Origin: Epithemia pelagica | Lineage: Eukaryota; Protista; Bacillariophyta | Direction of reading: 5' to 3' | Length of the DNA: 64,000 bases | NCBI GenBank assembly: GCA_946965045.2 | Contig: OX337232.1 | Span: forward strand, 620,001 to 684,000 | Shown here: piece after piece, positions 44,757 through 55,945 of the stretch | How the letters are laid out: each line of letters opens with the position of its first letter | How positions within the stretch are numbered: position 1 is the first letter of the stretch | Position numbers and translations under genes: made by a program | Notes under the pieces: generated by a model | Seen by the model: the letters and a program-made list of their open reading frames with translations, nothing else | What the model was told of the DNA's origin: nothing | Databases searched by the model: none

Positions 44757-45734
44757 ATGTATTCTCGATTGGTATTGAAGAACGTGCCTTTGGCATCGCC
44801 AAGGTTTTGTCCTCCACCACGACCACTCCTTTCGCGGCAAAGCAGCCAAACCATGTTGTTCTCTTCTGCGTCCGAGAACGAGAGCGACTCTCTGGTCAAA
44901 CGTGAGCGCCCCAGTCTTTCAGAGAAATTCTCAAGTCTTTCAGAGAAACTGAATGAGATTAAGAAGTCCCAGCAAGATTTACGTGCTGAGATTACAAAGC
45001 AACAGGATGAGATTGCAAAGCTCCAGCAAAACCATACAAAGCTCCGAGAAGGGATCAATGGCCTTCGATGTGTTCTTGCGCCCGCAACTACCCAGGCCAT
45101 GGCCGAAACATGCATCTACAAGCAAGCGGAGGGACTCACTTCCCGTTTGATCTCACAAGGCATGGTTATCTGGAATGGCCAAGAAGGGCTTCAATATAGT
45201 TGGTCCCAAGTTGGGACGAAGGTGCTTGATGAACTTCTCTTGGCAAATGAGGACGACCAAGCATTGGAAATAAGTTGGGAACAGGAGCTTTTTGGTGGAA
45301 AGGATAATACTGCATTTCATACACAAGAGCTTCGAGTTGAAGCGATCTGTGCCATTTTATCCGGACTGACCTATTTTGTTAAAACAGTCCCATCGAGCAC
45401 ACTGCTGAGTTGGCCACGAGACCAAAACACTTTTTCGAATGATGGTGCCTATCTGAATGCGTTTCTCGGTTCAGTGGAGAGCAAAAGTGAGATCCAAGAT
45501 ACAAAGAAAGTCGCTGGTGTAATTCAGTCGTGGGTGCCCTCCGAAATCCCTTTCCAAAAGGTCCCCGAAGAAGGAGGCGACTACAACAACGAGCAAACGC
45601 GAAGAGAAATCGTTGGGCCGTTTCTTGAATCCTTGGTTAACGAGCTGAAGAAAAAATTACCAGAAGACAACATTGTCATCAGTCGTTTGGATACCACCAA
45701 GCAGTCTGTTCTTACAGAACTCTGCAGGAATTAA
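44757..45734 (+). CDS. Coiled-coil + helical-domain family, copy 2 (mitochondrial-type leader; motif degenerate QNTFSN)
   Basis: R/S/P/L-rich, acid-free N-terminus MYSRLVLKNVPLASPRF..., a coiled coil, then the same domain as 15559-16932. Confidence 0.8.
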   Translation: MYSRLVLKNVPLASPRFCPPPRPLLSRQSSQTMLFSSASENESDSLVKRERPSLSEKFSSLSEKLNEIKKSQQDLRAEITKQQDEIAKLQQNHTKLREGINGLRCVLAPATTQAMAETCIYKQAEGLTSRLISQGMVIWNGQEGLQYSWSQVGTKVLDELLLANEDDQALEISWEQELFGGKDNTAFHTQELRVEAICAILSGLTYFVKTVPSSTLLSWPRDQNTFSNDGAYLNAFLGSVESKSEIQDTKKVAGVIQSWVPSEIPFQKVPEEGGDYNNEQTRREIVGPFLESLVNELKKKLPEDNIVISRLDTTKQSVLTELCRN

Positions 45735-46761
45735 GACTTCGTTGCTCCGAATCCGGCAACTTGCTGTCACCTACAGTCGGATTGATGGGAGGAATTCGCT
45801 TTCACGTTCGCATCCCATAAACGTTCCCATCCCAAGACAACAAGGATTTAGCCTTGAGGAGGAGGAGGCGGCGGCTGTGGCGGCACATTCTGGATGGAGG
45901 ACGGAATGGATGGATCTTGTCTTTTTTTTCTTGAGGCGGAAATACGGCCATGACACACCCAGTCAAGTCTCGGGAAACGAGAAAATTCGGTTCCTCCAGG
46001 GCCTGATGCTATAAACTGCTGCACCGGACAATCTCGGCGTAGTTCCAGGCAAATCACATTTCATTGTAAATCTTTGTTGGAATGCAGTGTCGAAATCTAC
46101 TTCTCCTAGAGAGCGGCTGGGCCACGATAGTTGTGTCTCATGGTCGATCACGATACCTACTCCTAGTAGCCATGGTAGGGTTCGGTGGTTGCGAGAAGCC
46201 CAGCGAACTCAAGTAGGACATTGGTTTCAAATTTTTTTATCGGCACGAGTACTCGCCCCACAAAGACGCCTACACGCCTCCGCGCTTGAGCGTATATTTC
46301 GGCTCCCCCCACTGGTCCCCAAGGCATTTTGTGGAACGCGACCACCATGACGTGACCATGGGTGTCTCTCGGAATAACTACATCCTATCGGATAGAATCT
46401 GAACTTTTTTATTATGTATCATTCCATTTCGATCCTTTGACCGCTCCGGTTTTGAAACAGAGCGATCCCACCACGTATCCAAAAAGTGTCCCAGCAAAAA
46501 CAAGCATTTTGGAATTTGGAACCAACCAACCTTACAAGATCCACAAAGACTCTCTCATCCCTCTCATCACACACGATTTCATCTTCATTGGGGGGATTAC
46601 CAGTGGAACTGTCATCCCAGCTTGGAGAATTGTTGTCTTGTTGTTCTTGTCTTTAGCAATCCTACAAACACACACACCCGTCTCTGGGATCGAGAACCGA
46701 AAAGCCACCAACCGGAGTGAAAGAGTGAACCAAAACAAATAACACCACGACACTGACAATC

Positions 46762-49700
46762 ATGCCGTCGTCCTGCCATCGAATGCTCTTGTGGTCGACC
46801 CTTCTTCTTCCCGGTTTTGTCCAGTCCTCCTTTGTTGACGTACCACCACAATTGTCTTCCACAACAAGCAGCAACAACAACAACAACAGCAACACTCTCA
46901 ACCAGGATGCTCGCTCCTTGACCACCTCGTCGCAAGTTTGCGACGGAGGGTTGATCTGTCTGTAAGTGTCTTTTGAATGGTTTATTTGCGAACATACGAC
47001 AAACTCTGCAGTGCAGCAGCACGTTCTTGAGTGATTCTGCGGTTGTGGTTCTTGTTACCGAATCGTTCCTCTCAATTGTTGGTTTTGTTTGTCCTTTTTG
47101 TTGCGCTGCTCTTGTTCTTGTTGTTGCTCTTTGTTTCATCTTGGTTGACATGCTCTTTTCGTATTGCTGTTTTTAGCAACAATGGCCATTGCGCGGAGGG
47201 TCACAATTATCACCAAGACGGTGCCGTGTGCGATTGTACGACGGCCGTGCAAATTTTGGGGACCGGTCAAGGCGAAGAGGGCTATGAACAATGGGTGGGT
47301 CGATCGTGTCAAATTCGGGTTACCAACAATGATTATTGCAACAACAACAATCAATTTTCCTATTGTGTCAATGGTGGCACGTGTCGTAACCAGGCCAAGG
47401 ACTTTGCCGATCGTCCCTGCAAGTGTTTGGATGGCTTTTCCGGACGGCATTGCGAATACGATCGTAGCGCGGGTGGACCCGACCCCTCGGCATGTTCCCT
47501 CACCTGCAATGGCAAGGGGACTTGTCATTTTGGCTTTAATCCTCATGCCGATCAAGGGGCCAACAAGGCCTTGCCATCGACCAACAGTCATGATTTCATG
47601 TATTGTATTTGTGAGGATGGACACGCGGGAACCAATTGCGAATTTGATTTTACCGAATGCCGTGATCCGCAGGGACAAGTGTCCAAACACTTTTGCTATC
47701 ATGGTGCCACGTGTTTGCCAGGCACGGGCATTTGCCAATGTCAAAATGATCAAGGAGTCCAATGTACGTAGTAGTTGCGATTGAATTGCTCAACCATGTG
47801 GTTTCTCACGTGTCACTCACTGCCTTTGCTTCGTATTGTCATTTTGACAATTGTTAAATAAACCATTGATTGCCCTCTGTATTATATCTCTATACAGTTG
47901 CCGGTGATTACTGTCAATTCAAGGAATCGGATACCTGTGCGACTCCTATTGTGATTGATGCTGCCGCGGCAGCTCTTCAATTTGACGAAGCCAACAAGTT
48001 GACCTACGATCCGGCCGTCCAAGTCAATGACCCACCGCCCTTTTGCGTCAATGGAGGAGCTTGCTTCCAGGTGGAAACTACCAATGATTACTATTGCTTG
48101 TGTGCCGCCGATGACCATGGTGGACTGTGGACCGGTCCGCAATGTACCATTCCCTACATGGCCGCCCATCTCACACAAGCACCGACTGCGGCTGGAACCG
48201 ATACGTGGGGACCCACTATTGATGGCAGTTGGACAACGTGGCCCAGTTCCGATGGACCCAGTTCCGAGGCTCCCACCGATGCACCCATTCCCACGGTGCC
48301 CTTTGTCCAATGTGGAAATTTGCATTGTCTGTACGTATTTCTTTATGTGAAGCGAGGGTTTAGAGACGGTTTTTCTTTATCGTAAGGGCAATTGTGGTAC
48401 GGGTCCCATTCTTACTGTCTCCCCTTCTCTCTCCCGTTATTTTGTCTCTTTTGGCGGCGTGATCTGTTTGGTCCTTGTCTCATGTGTGTCGTACAGAAAT
48501 GGTGGTTTTTGTGCCTCGGGTCATAATTACCAGTCCAAACATGCCGTATGCGACTGTCGAACCGCCATTAAGGATGAGGGTGAAGACAGATTTACGGCAT
48601 ATGCCGGACGAGAATGTGAAATTGAAGTCTTGGATCCGCAATTTTGTCCGGGCACCGAGCAGACTGAATTTTGCATCAATGGTGGCACTTGTCGAGGAAA
48701 TGCCAATAACTTTGATCAAAAACCCTGCACTTGTCCCAATGGTTTCAAAGGTCGTAATTGCGAAATCCCCGCCGAACATGCACCCGAGTCCTGTGGCCTC
48801 ACTTGTTCCAATAATGGGAGATGCGAACATGGGCTCAATCCCACCGAGAAAAAGGGTGCCAATGGCCTTTTGAATTTGGACAATGAAGGTTCTAGTAACT
48901 TTATGCATTGCATTTGTGACGAAGGCTTTGCGGGAATAAATTGCGAATATGAGGTTACCAAATGTGCCGGACGCCAACGATATTGCTTTCATGGATCCAC
49001 CTGTATCGATGTGGCCGGGGGACCGGATTTGGGCGGAGAACAAGTATGTGAATGCGATGGTGATGATGGCAAGAAATGTACGTACCTAACCAAAGCGGGC
49101 ATGATATATATCACGTGTGGAAGCATGTAGTCTTCTCGTCCAAAATCTAACCAATCTGTGGGCGGATCAATCGGGTTACACAGTGACAGGACCCTATTGT
49201 GAATTTGAAGCGACCGATTATTGCAATAATCCTGTCCTCATTGACGAGACCAATGCCGTGCAATCCTTTAGTCCAACAAAGCAATTGAATACTGATGAAG
49301 TATCGCCCTTTTGTGTCAATGATGGTATTTGTTACATGGTGGAATCCTTGAATCACTATTATTGTCAATGTGATGAAATTTTGTTTACCGGAAACCGATG
49401 CGAAACCCAAAAACAGTCGCTGCATTTGACTGCGGCTCCTACGGCCGCATGGACCGACACTTGGCCTCCCACTGTGGAAGCCAGTTTGACCGACATGCCC
49501 GTCGCACCCACTCGGCCTCCCACCACTCCACCCTATGCATTGCCTACCCCACCGACGACACCCACTCTTTTGTCCCAAAACAGTAGCACCGATGACGACA
49601 ACATATCAGGTGGGGGCAAATTTGGTATTGTCTTGGTGGTGGCCGTCGGTTTGGCGTGCATTGCCTTTGTCATGCTCTATTTCCGTCGTCGGGCGCGGTA

Positions 49701-49974
49701 CTTGAAACGCATGGTCTATCAAGATGGCGATCCGCATACCGGACCTGACAGCATTTTCCGTGCCGATGATAACAAACATTTGGATATCGCACCCTTTGAA
49801 GAAGAAGAACATGTTGTGGAACTGTCTGCCACTCGTAGTATGGACAGTGACGAAGTTCCAGGTGGAGACCAGGGCAAGTTTAACAACACAAGTGGTGGTG
49901 CACAAGCACCGGAGCAACCATCGCCTGAAAATCCTTCGGAGAACAAGGAAATGAGCCAAGTGGAGCTTGTGTAA
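46762..49974 (+). CDS. Multi-EGF type I membrane protein C (two modules, several introns)
   Basis: Signal peptide with RSL, the same module and introns as A and B, and TM helix KFGIVLVVAVGLACIAFVMLYF. Confidence 0.85.
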
Positions 49975-50500
49975 TTGTTGACATACCAGAAAAGTTTATA
50001 GATTTGCCGTACTAATAATATGAGAGATTGAACGAATGTTTTCTGTAAATTGGCAAACGAGAGTCCACAGAGAACGGAGTTACTAAGGTTGCATCAGAGT
50101 GTCTTAACATTGGACTTTTGAGTGCAGCAATTGCGTCCCTGCACATATTTGCAAGTGTAGAGCATCATGATTGAGTCCTCTGCTCTTGCGCCGCTTTCCG
50201 AGTTTCTGTCATTCCCCTAGCATCTACCAAAGAACCAAGTTGTGGACAACAGAGTTAAAGTCTTAAAGCCAACAGTCTAGAGGGATGAATGAGTCATGAT
50301 GTGCTCATACATCAATTCCATTGATGCAAAACAAATCAGTGGCTTGACGTCATATTCGCACCTTCAAGACTGGTCCGAAAGGGAAAAGTGGCCAATAAAC
50401 GAACAAAAGGCCAGTGTTCTTGTCCCCAAGTGAGAGCGTTTCACATGAATCTTCGGATTGACGAGCGACAAGACGACCACATGTCAGATATTATCAAGTC

Positions 50501-52963
50501 TCAATTCCTGCAGAGTTTTGTAAGAACAAACTGCTTTGTTGTCTGCAAACGATTGATACAAATGTCATGTCCCCGAAATTTCCCCACCAATTCGTTTACC
50601 AGGGAATCTAGAAAAGGCTCAACCATTTGCCTTCGTGTGTTTTCCGTTTCATAACTACCACCATTCGGGACCTGAAGAGCGGGGAGTTTTGGAGGCACCC
50701 ACGATTGAATCTGACCGACGACTTTCTGAACGTCGTCAATCTCATTTTTGCTCTCATATGGACCATGAAGAGCATGAAGGAAGTTGCCATCATGAACTAC
50801 TATATTTCGCGCTGGTGGCCAATTCAGCAGCACGCTCGATGGGACTGTTTTGACAAAAAAGCTCAGTCCCGATAAAATGGCACAGATCGCTTCAGTTCGA
50901 TGTTCTTGAGTTTGCAATGCAGCATCCATTTTACCCAAAAGCATCCCTCTCCAACGTTTGTTCTGAGCTCGTTTACCTTGGATAAGTTCATCAAGCACCT
51001 GCATCCCAACTTTGGACCATAGATACTGCAGGCCTTCTTGGTCAATGCTGATTTCCTCGCTGATTTCCTTGTCTTGCGAGATGAGGCGGAAAGTGAGTTC
51101 CTCCACTTGTTTATATACACAAGTTTCGGCCATGGCAAAGGTTGTTGCAGGTTCCAAAGCCGATCTTATACCGTTCAATTCTTGCTGGCGCTTCTTATCA
51201 TTTTCTTGGAGTTTCGTAATCTGACGGGCCTGAGCTTCTTGATTCTCTCGCAGAGCTTTGTTGTCCGTCCGGAGAGCTTTCATCTCATTGGACAGAAAGT
51301 CCATTTTCTTGGAGAGGTCAAAGGCTTCGCGGGGATCCGGTTTGTCGGCACCCCACAAGGTGGCAGCCGTTTCGTTGGGTTGGACCGGACCGACATTTTC
51401 TATACACAAACACGTCCAAAGACAAACACCATGGTGAGAGAGTGAGGAGAGAAGTCTGGTTCTCCATGGTCCGTGCCACACATAAAGAGGACTTCTTCTA
51501 CTACTAGAACACGTACCATCCAAGAGAGAAAAGGAGGGAAGCAATTGTGTGGCATCGTAGGGTTTCCAGGCCACGGCATCCCCATCGGCACTGCATTTCA
51601 AGGCGCGGAGCCAGGTAAAGGTGACGAGGGCACCCGAGGGATCGCACACGTACGTGCCTTCGCCGACAATGGCCGTTTGCAAACAAATGCCGGCATAGCC
51701 CCCCTGTCCCAATTTGATGCGGGCATGGGGCGCCAAGGCCACATCAATTGTGGTACGATTGCCCAAGACAATGCCCTTGTTGGAAATTTGCGTCCGCAAG
51801 TCTTCACTAAAGTGCGAATGAAAGGGCGGTTCTCGCGGTGTAGTACTGTTGTTACTTGTGGCTCCTCCTTCGCCGGCGGTCCCTTCACCTCCTCCTTCCG
51901 TATTGGTTCGTCGATTGCCTCCATTGGTGCGTCGATTGTTGTTGCCGCCGCCGGGTCCACCGCGTGAGGAACGCCCCCGTCCTCGTCCCCCATTCTTGGT
52001 ATCTGTTGGGGCCGTGCCTCCTTCGGGTTCGGCGGCCGCCGCGGCCGCATCGTCAGTGGCGTCACCCTCACCCGACGTTGGTCGATTGCGTCGTGGTTGA
52101 CGAGGCGGCGGCACAATGGGACTTCCATCCCGATTGGTCACATTGACCGCCTTGAGACGACCGGAATCGGCTTCTTTTTCCACATCAAATTTCACTTCGG
52201 AATCGCCCTGGAAACAATGAGCGAACGAACCAAACAAAAAACACAGAGGTGAGTACTTCTAGCCTGGAGAAAGCACAGTGTTGCTGTTGCTGTTTCATGG
52301 GGCATCACAGAACGACACAATCCACGAACGACGCCACACAATTTACAATCGAGCCATGGTCAACACGAAACCAAGCAGGCCGTTGCATCGAGCATAATTT
52401 AACGGTACTGCTTCCAGAAACCAAAGAAATTGTAGTTTCTTGGTCGCTTCCAACTTGATAGGCAGATATATTTCTTCCTTATTCCATTACGAAGATTTCT
52501 TTTTTTCTCCTTTCCCCATTGCTTCATTCATCCACACACATGAGCAATTTGGCAGGTCTTGATTTGTCGCTTGTCGTCGAAACGATTTGGAAGGTACAAA
52601 AACCATGTTCCTTGGTATCTTTCTTTGATTCGTTCTTGACAAATTATACAGTCTCTTGCCTTGGCCGACGAACTGCGTTCCGGAATGGTTCTCACGCTCC
52701 CAGGATCAACGACACACTCAAAGACATTGACTCTTCTCTCTTGCGCGCGAGACAAATACACACACACTACAACAAACACTACTCACCGCCAAGGTTCGAA
52801 ATTGTCCATTGGTGACAATGCCCGTTTGATGGACAAAAATTTCTTCCGTCAAGGTCGAATTCACCGGTGTCAAGAATCCAAAGCCTTTGCGATTGGAAAA
52901 CCACTTGACCGTCCCTTCGACACCCGTCATGTGAATCGTATTAGTATTGTTGGAATCGGTCAT
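50501..52963 (-). CDS. Cold-shock-domain/RGG protein fused in frame to family copy 3 (RNIVVH motif); introns 52786-52208 and 51516-51400
   Basis: GTVKWFSNRKGFGFL (RNP1) and IFVHQTGI (RNP2). GT-AG splicing continues into GDSEVKFDVE...AVNVT and an RG/GG-rich linker. No stop occurs before the coiled coil and the MAETCVYKQ...LCRN domain. Confidence 0.75.
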
Positions 52964-53108
52964 GATTGCAAAAAATGACTAAAAATGACTACCAACCAAA
53001 AATCCAAAACAATGTAGATTGAGGAACAAGGGTGCCGGTAGAGACGAGACTGGAGCAAACAAGAAGTAAGACAACAGGAACAAGAGAGAGGAACCAAAAC
53101 TTGTGTTG

Positions 53109-53141
<33 letters not shown>

Positions 53142-53446
53142 ACAAACGACTCACTTCTTGGAAGAACGCCACCAGAAGGAAAAAAAGATCGTTTGCCGAA
53201 GAAAAGGTGTGCGGGGAAAGCAGTCCCGGTTCTGGCCCCGAACTCCACAGAGGACGACCTATCTGCGACCATTCAATGGTTTACGAACGTCCGCTACCCC
53301 TTCCTACCGGCAGGCATAGGCATAGGTATCGTTCCATCTGCCGTGTGAGACCGCAATCTCTGTGTCATCCACCCAATATCATGGAATGAACAACGCCGTT
53401 CTAGCAGGGGCTCTATGAGTATTATGTACAAATGTCTATGGAACGA

Positions 53447-54310
53447 TTAGGAACTGTCGGGCACAGTCGTTGTCGTTGGTGGATCGGTTGTTCCAAAAAA
53501 GTCTTGTTTCCACGCCGCTGGATTGCGCGACTGCCATTGCCGACAGGCATGGCGTCGCACCGTTTTGCTGGCGGTCGTTTCGACCAATCGTCCATAGCGT
53601 TGGTCGGGCGACAAGCGCAATTCTTGTAGGGATCGACGATGACGATGACGTTCATACTCGTGCACCGTGACGCAGGGGCCCTGACAATAGGTCCAGCCCA
53701 AACTCAAGCAATAGCCGCCCACCAAACAAGCCGGTGCATCGCCCACCACGACCGGATAGGACCGAATTTGCAAGGTCGAAAAGGAAACCTGACGACGATT
53801 CCGATTTTGTAAAGGGCGATTGGAAGTAGAAGCCAGGCAACTGCGACGACGACAAGTTGAATCGGAAACCGAACAAGGAACGTACGGTATTCTGTGTGGT
53901 TCCCCAGCTGGACAAGACGCAGCAAGAGATTCGGAGCAAGGCGCAACGGGTGTCGTTGCCGTCCCACCAGAGGCAGAATCTTGTGGTGGTGGTTTTTGTG
54001 GTTATTCCTGGCCCTCCCTTTGTGTGGATCCAAGAGAAGCATGCTGCGCCCCCGACTCGGATTCCGTGGTTGGGTCCGGTTCGGGTTCGTCGTCCACGAA
54101 TTGGTTAGTGCCAACTTCCTCACTGTGTTCCACCATTACCGGACAGGGAGGATCGGAAGAGGGAATCTTTTTCTCCTTCTGGAAGTCCTTTTGGTCACGG
54201 CTGTTGTTGCTGTGGGTTCGGAGCAAACACCGATGGACGAGCATGCTTCCTCGACGACGTCCCATGATAATGAGAATGCTACAAACAATTCCGAGGGATG
54301 TATGATATCG
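53447..54310 (-). pseudogene. Possible interrupted hypothetical gene
   Basis: ORFs 54002..54457 and 53447..53773 are in the same frame with a TAA at 54002-54004. The translation is low-complexity but protein-like, with no recognisable domain. Confidence 0.3.
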
Positions 54311-55050
54311 TCGTGTGACCTGGCGTGCATGAGCTTGTTGTTGTTGTTGTTGTTCGTGGGACGACGGACGCACAAACCAAACGACAAGGAACCACAACCA
54401 ACCACAACCACAACCACAACCAACCCAAACCAACCAACAAGGAAACGACCCAACCAAACAAGGAAACCACCAAGCTCAAACAAACAGCCAAGGATGGGAA
54501 GCCCGCTTTGTGTGGTTCTTTGGATGGGTGGTGTCGCTCTTCCAAGGACACACACGAAACGCAACAATCGTTGGCGTTGAGAGGAGGTTTGCGCCTTGTG
54601 TTCCAAAATGACCACACAACGAACAAAACGAATGGAAGGAAGGAAGGAAGGATGAATAGTTTTGGATGCGTCGTCTGTCCTCGCTGGTGGCACGCCGAGC
54701 TGCTCTAAGTGGAAGGAGTATTCCACATACAACTAGAGACCAGACGAATTTGGCCGGCGCTCTCCTCATCCGTTGAGGCCGGATCGTAGATTCGATTCCC
54801 TAAGTACTCTTGCAATATGATGTATCTACAGAATACATTATTCCATTATTCGACAGAGGAGGAGCGTCCGTTGCATCCGGGATCAAACTGCCGGCGGCAC
54901 ACAACGAACCTGAATGGAACTGCAAAAAGTGTCAATGGTCATTCTCCCCCAATAAATACCCGTAGACAGACAGACCGACAGCAGCTTGTGCCCATGACGT
55001 GCTTCCGAGTTTTAACGCGACCACATACATTGGTCGTGGAAGCACGACTC

Positions 55051-55346
55051 ACTCCTCACACACAAGGCCTCGTCAAGAACATGGTCGAGTGGTCCGAATC
55101 GGTCCTCTGTCTAGAGATGTTGAAAATTCTATATCGGCAAGGCATGACTTGTGGATTGATTCCTTCTCGTTGGGTGGTGTTGGACAAGAGCGCACTGTCA
55201 GAATGACACTCCAAACGACGACCCAACCGAACCAAGGGTGGTGCTGTTTGTCTTCGAGCAGCCGTCGTCGTTGTCGTCGTGTCGGGACGGGCGGCGCGTG
55301 GCTGGTAATTGCCGTGTTGGTTCTGGTACAGTGGTGGAGTCCGGTA
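55051..55346 (+). repeat. Diverged direct duplicate of the sulfotransferase upstream region plus first ~48 codons (partner 57318-57633)
   Basis: Colinear blocks ACTCCTCACACACAAGGCCTCGTCAAGAA, GATTCCTTCTCGTTGGGTGGTGTTGGACAA, AGAATGACACTCCAAACGACGACCCAACCGAACCA and ATTGCCGTGTTGGTTCTGGT occur in both places. Confidence 0.9.
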
Positions 55347-55945
55347 AGATTCCCACAACCTGACCAAACGATTCTTCTGTGAGGACCCCGGGAGGATGGA
55401 CGACGCATCCTCGTCCTCGTATCATTGTTCGCCTTTGATCCGGGCCGTCCATTCTGTTACAAACAACCACAACAACGACACTAGGGTGCGGTTCCCCCCA
55501 GCCACCACCACCAATTTGGTTTCTTTCAATTTCCGACACTGTTCAACCTCGCTGGTTCTTGGTCGCATCTGTTCCCCTCGAGTAGTAGTTTGGAATACCA
55601 ACCGGCAGTGCATTCGTCTTGTCCCCGTCGGGGAACGCTCCTCCACAAGCCCCCAACGATACTTCATTCCCTTCCAAAGACTATGGATTCGACAAATTTC
55701 CGGCAAGCGCAACGCTGCCATTGTATTTCACATCTTTCTTCTTCGACGCTCTTGATCTTTCTAGTAGCAGCTTGTATGCGTTCCTGAAGCAGAAGCGACG
55801 AGACTCGAGAATCGGGTTTCCGAAGGATGGTCGTGACTGCGGAACCGTGTTGGGGGTACCATATACTCGGCCAAACTGGTACTACTGTCGTACGGAACCT
55901 ACGGTGGATTCGACCGAGTCCATCCCGCACTGCCAGGACCGTCCC

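Noticed and set aside
50501-52237. Treating the 578-aa ORF as a single unspliced protein
   Set aside because: It lacks the CSD N-half and contains an in-frame 117-nt GT-AG intron-like segment (51516-51400). The spliced model fits better.
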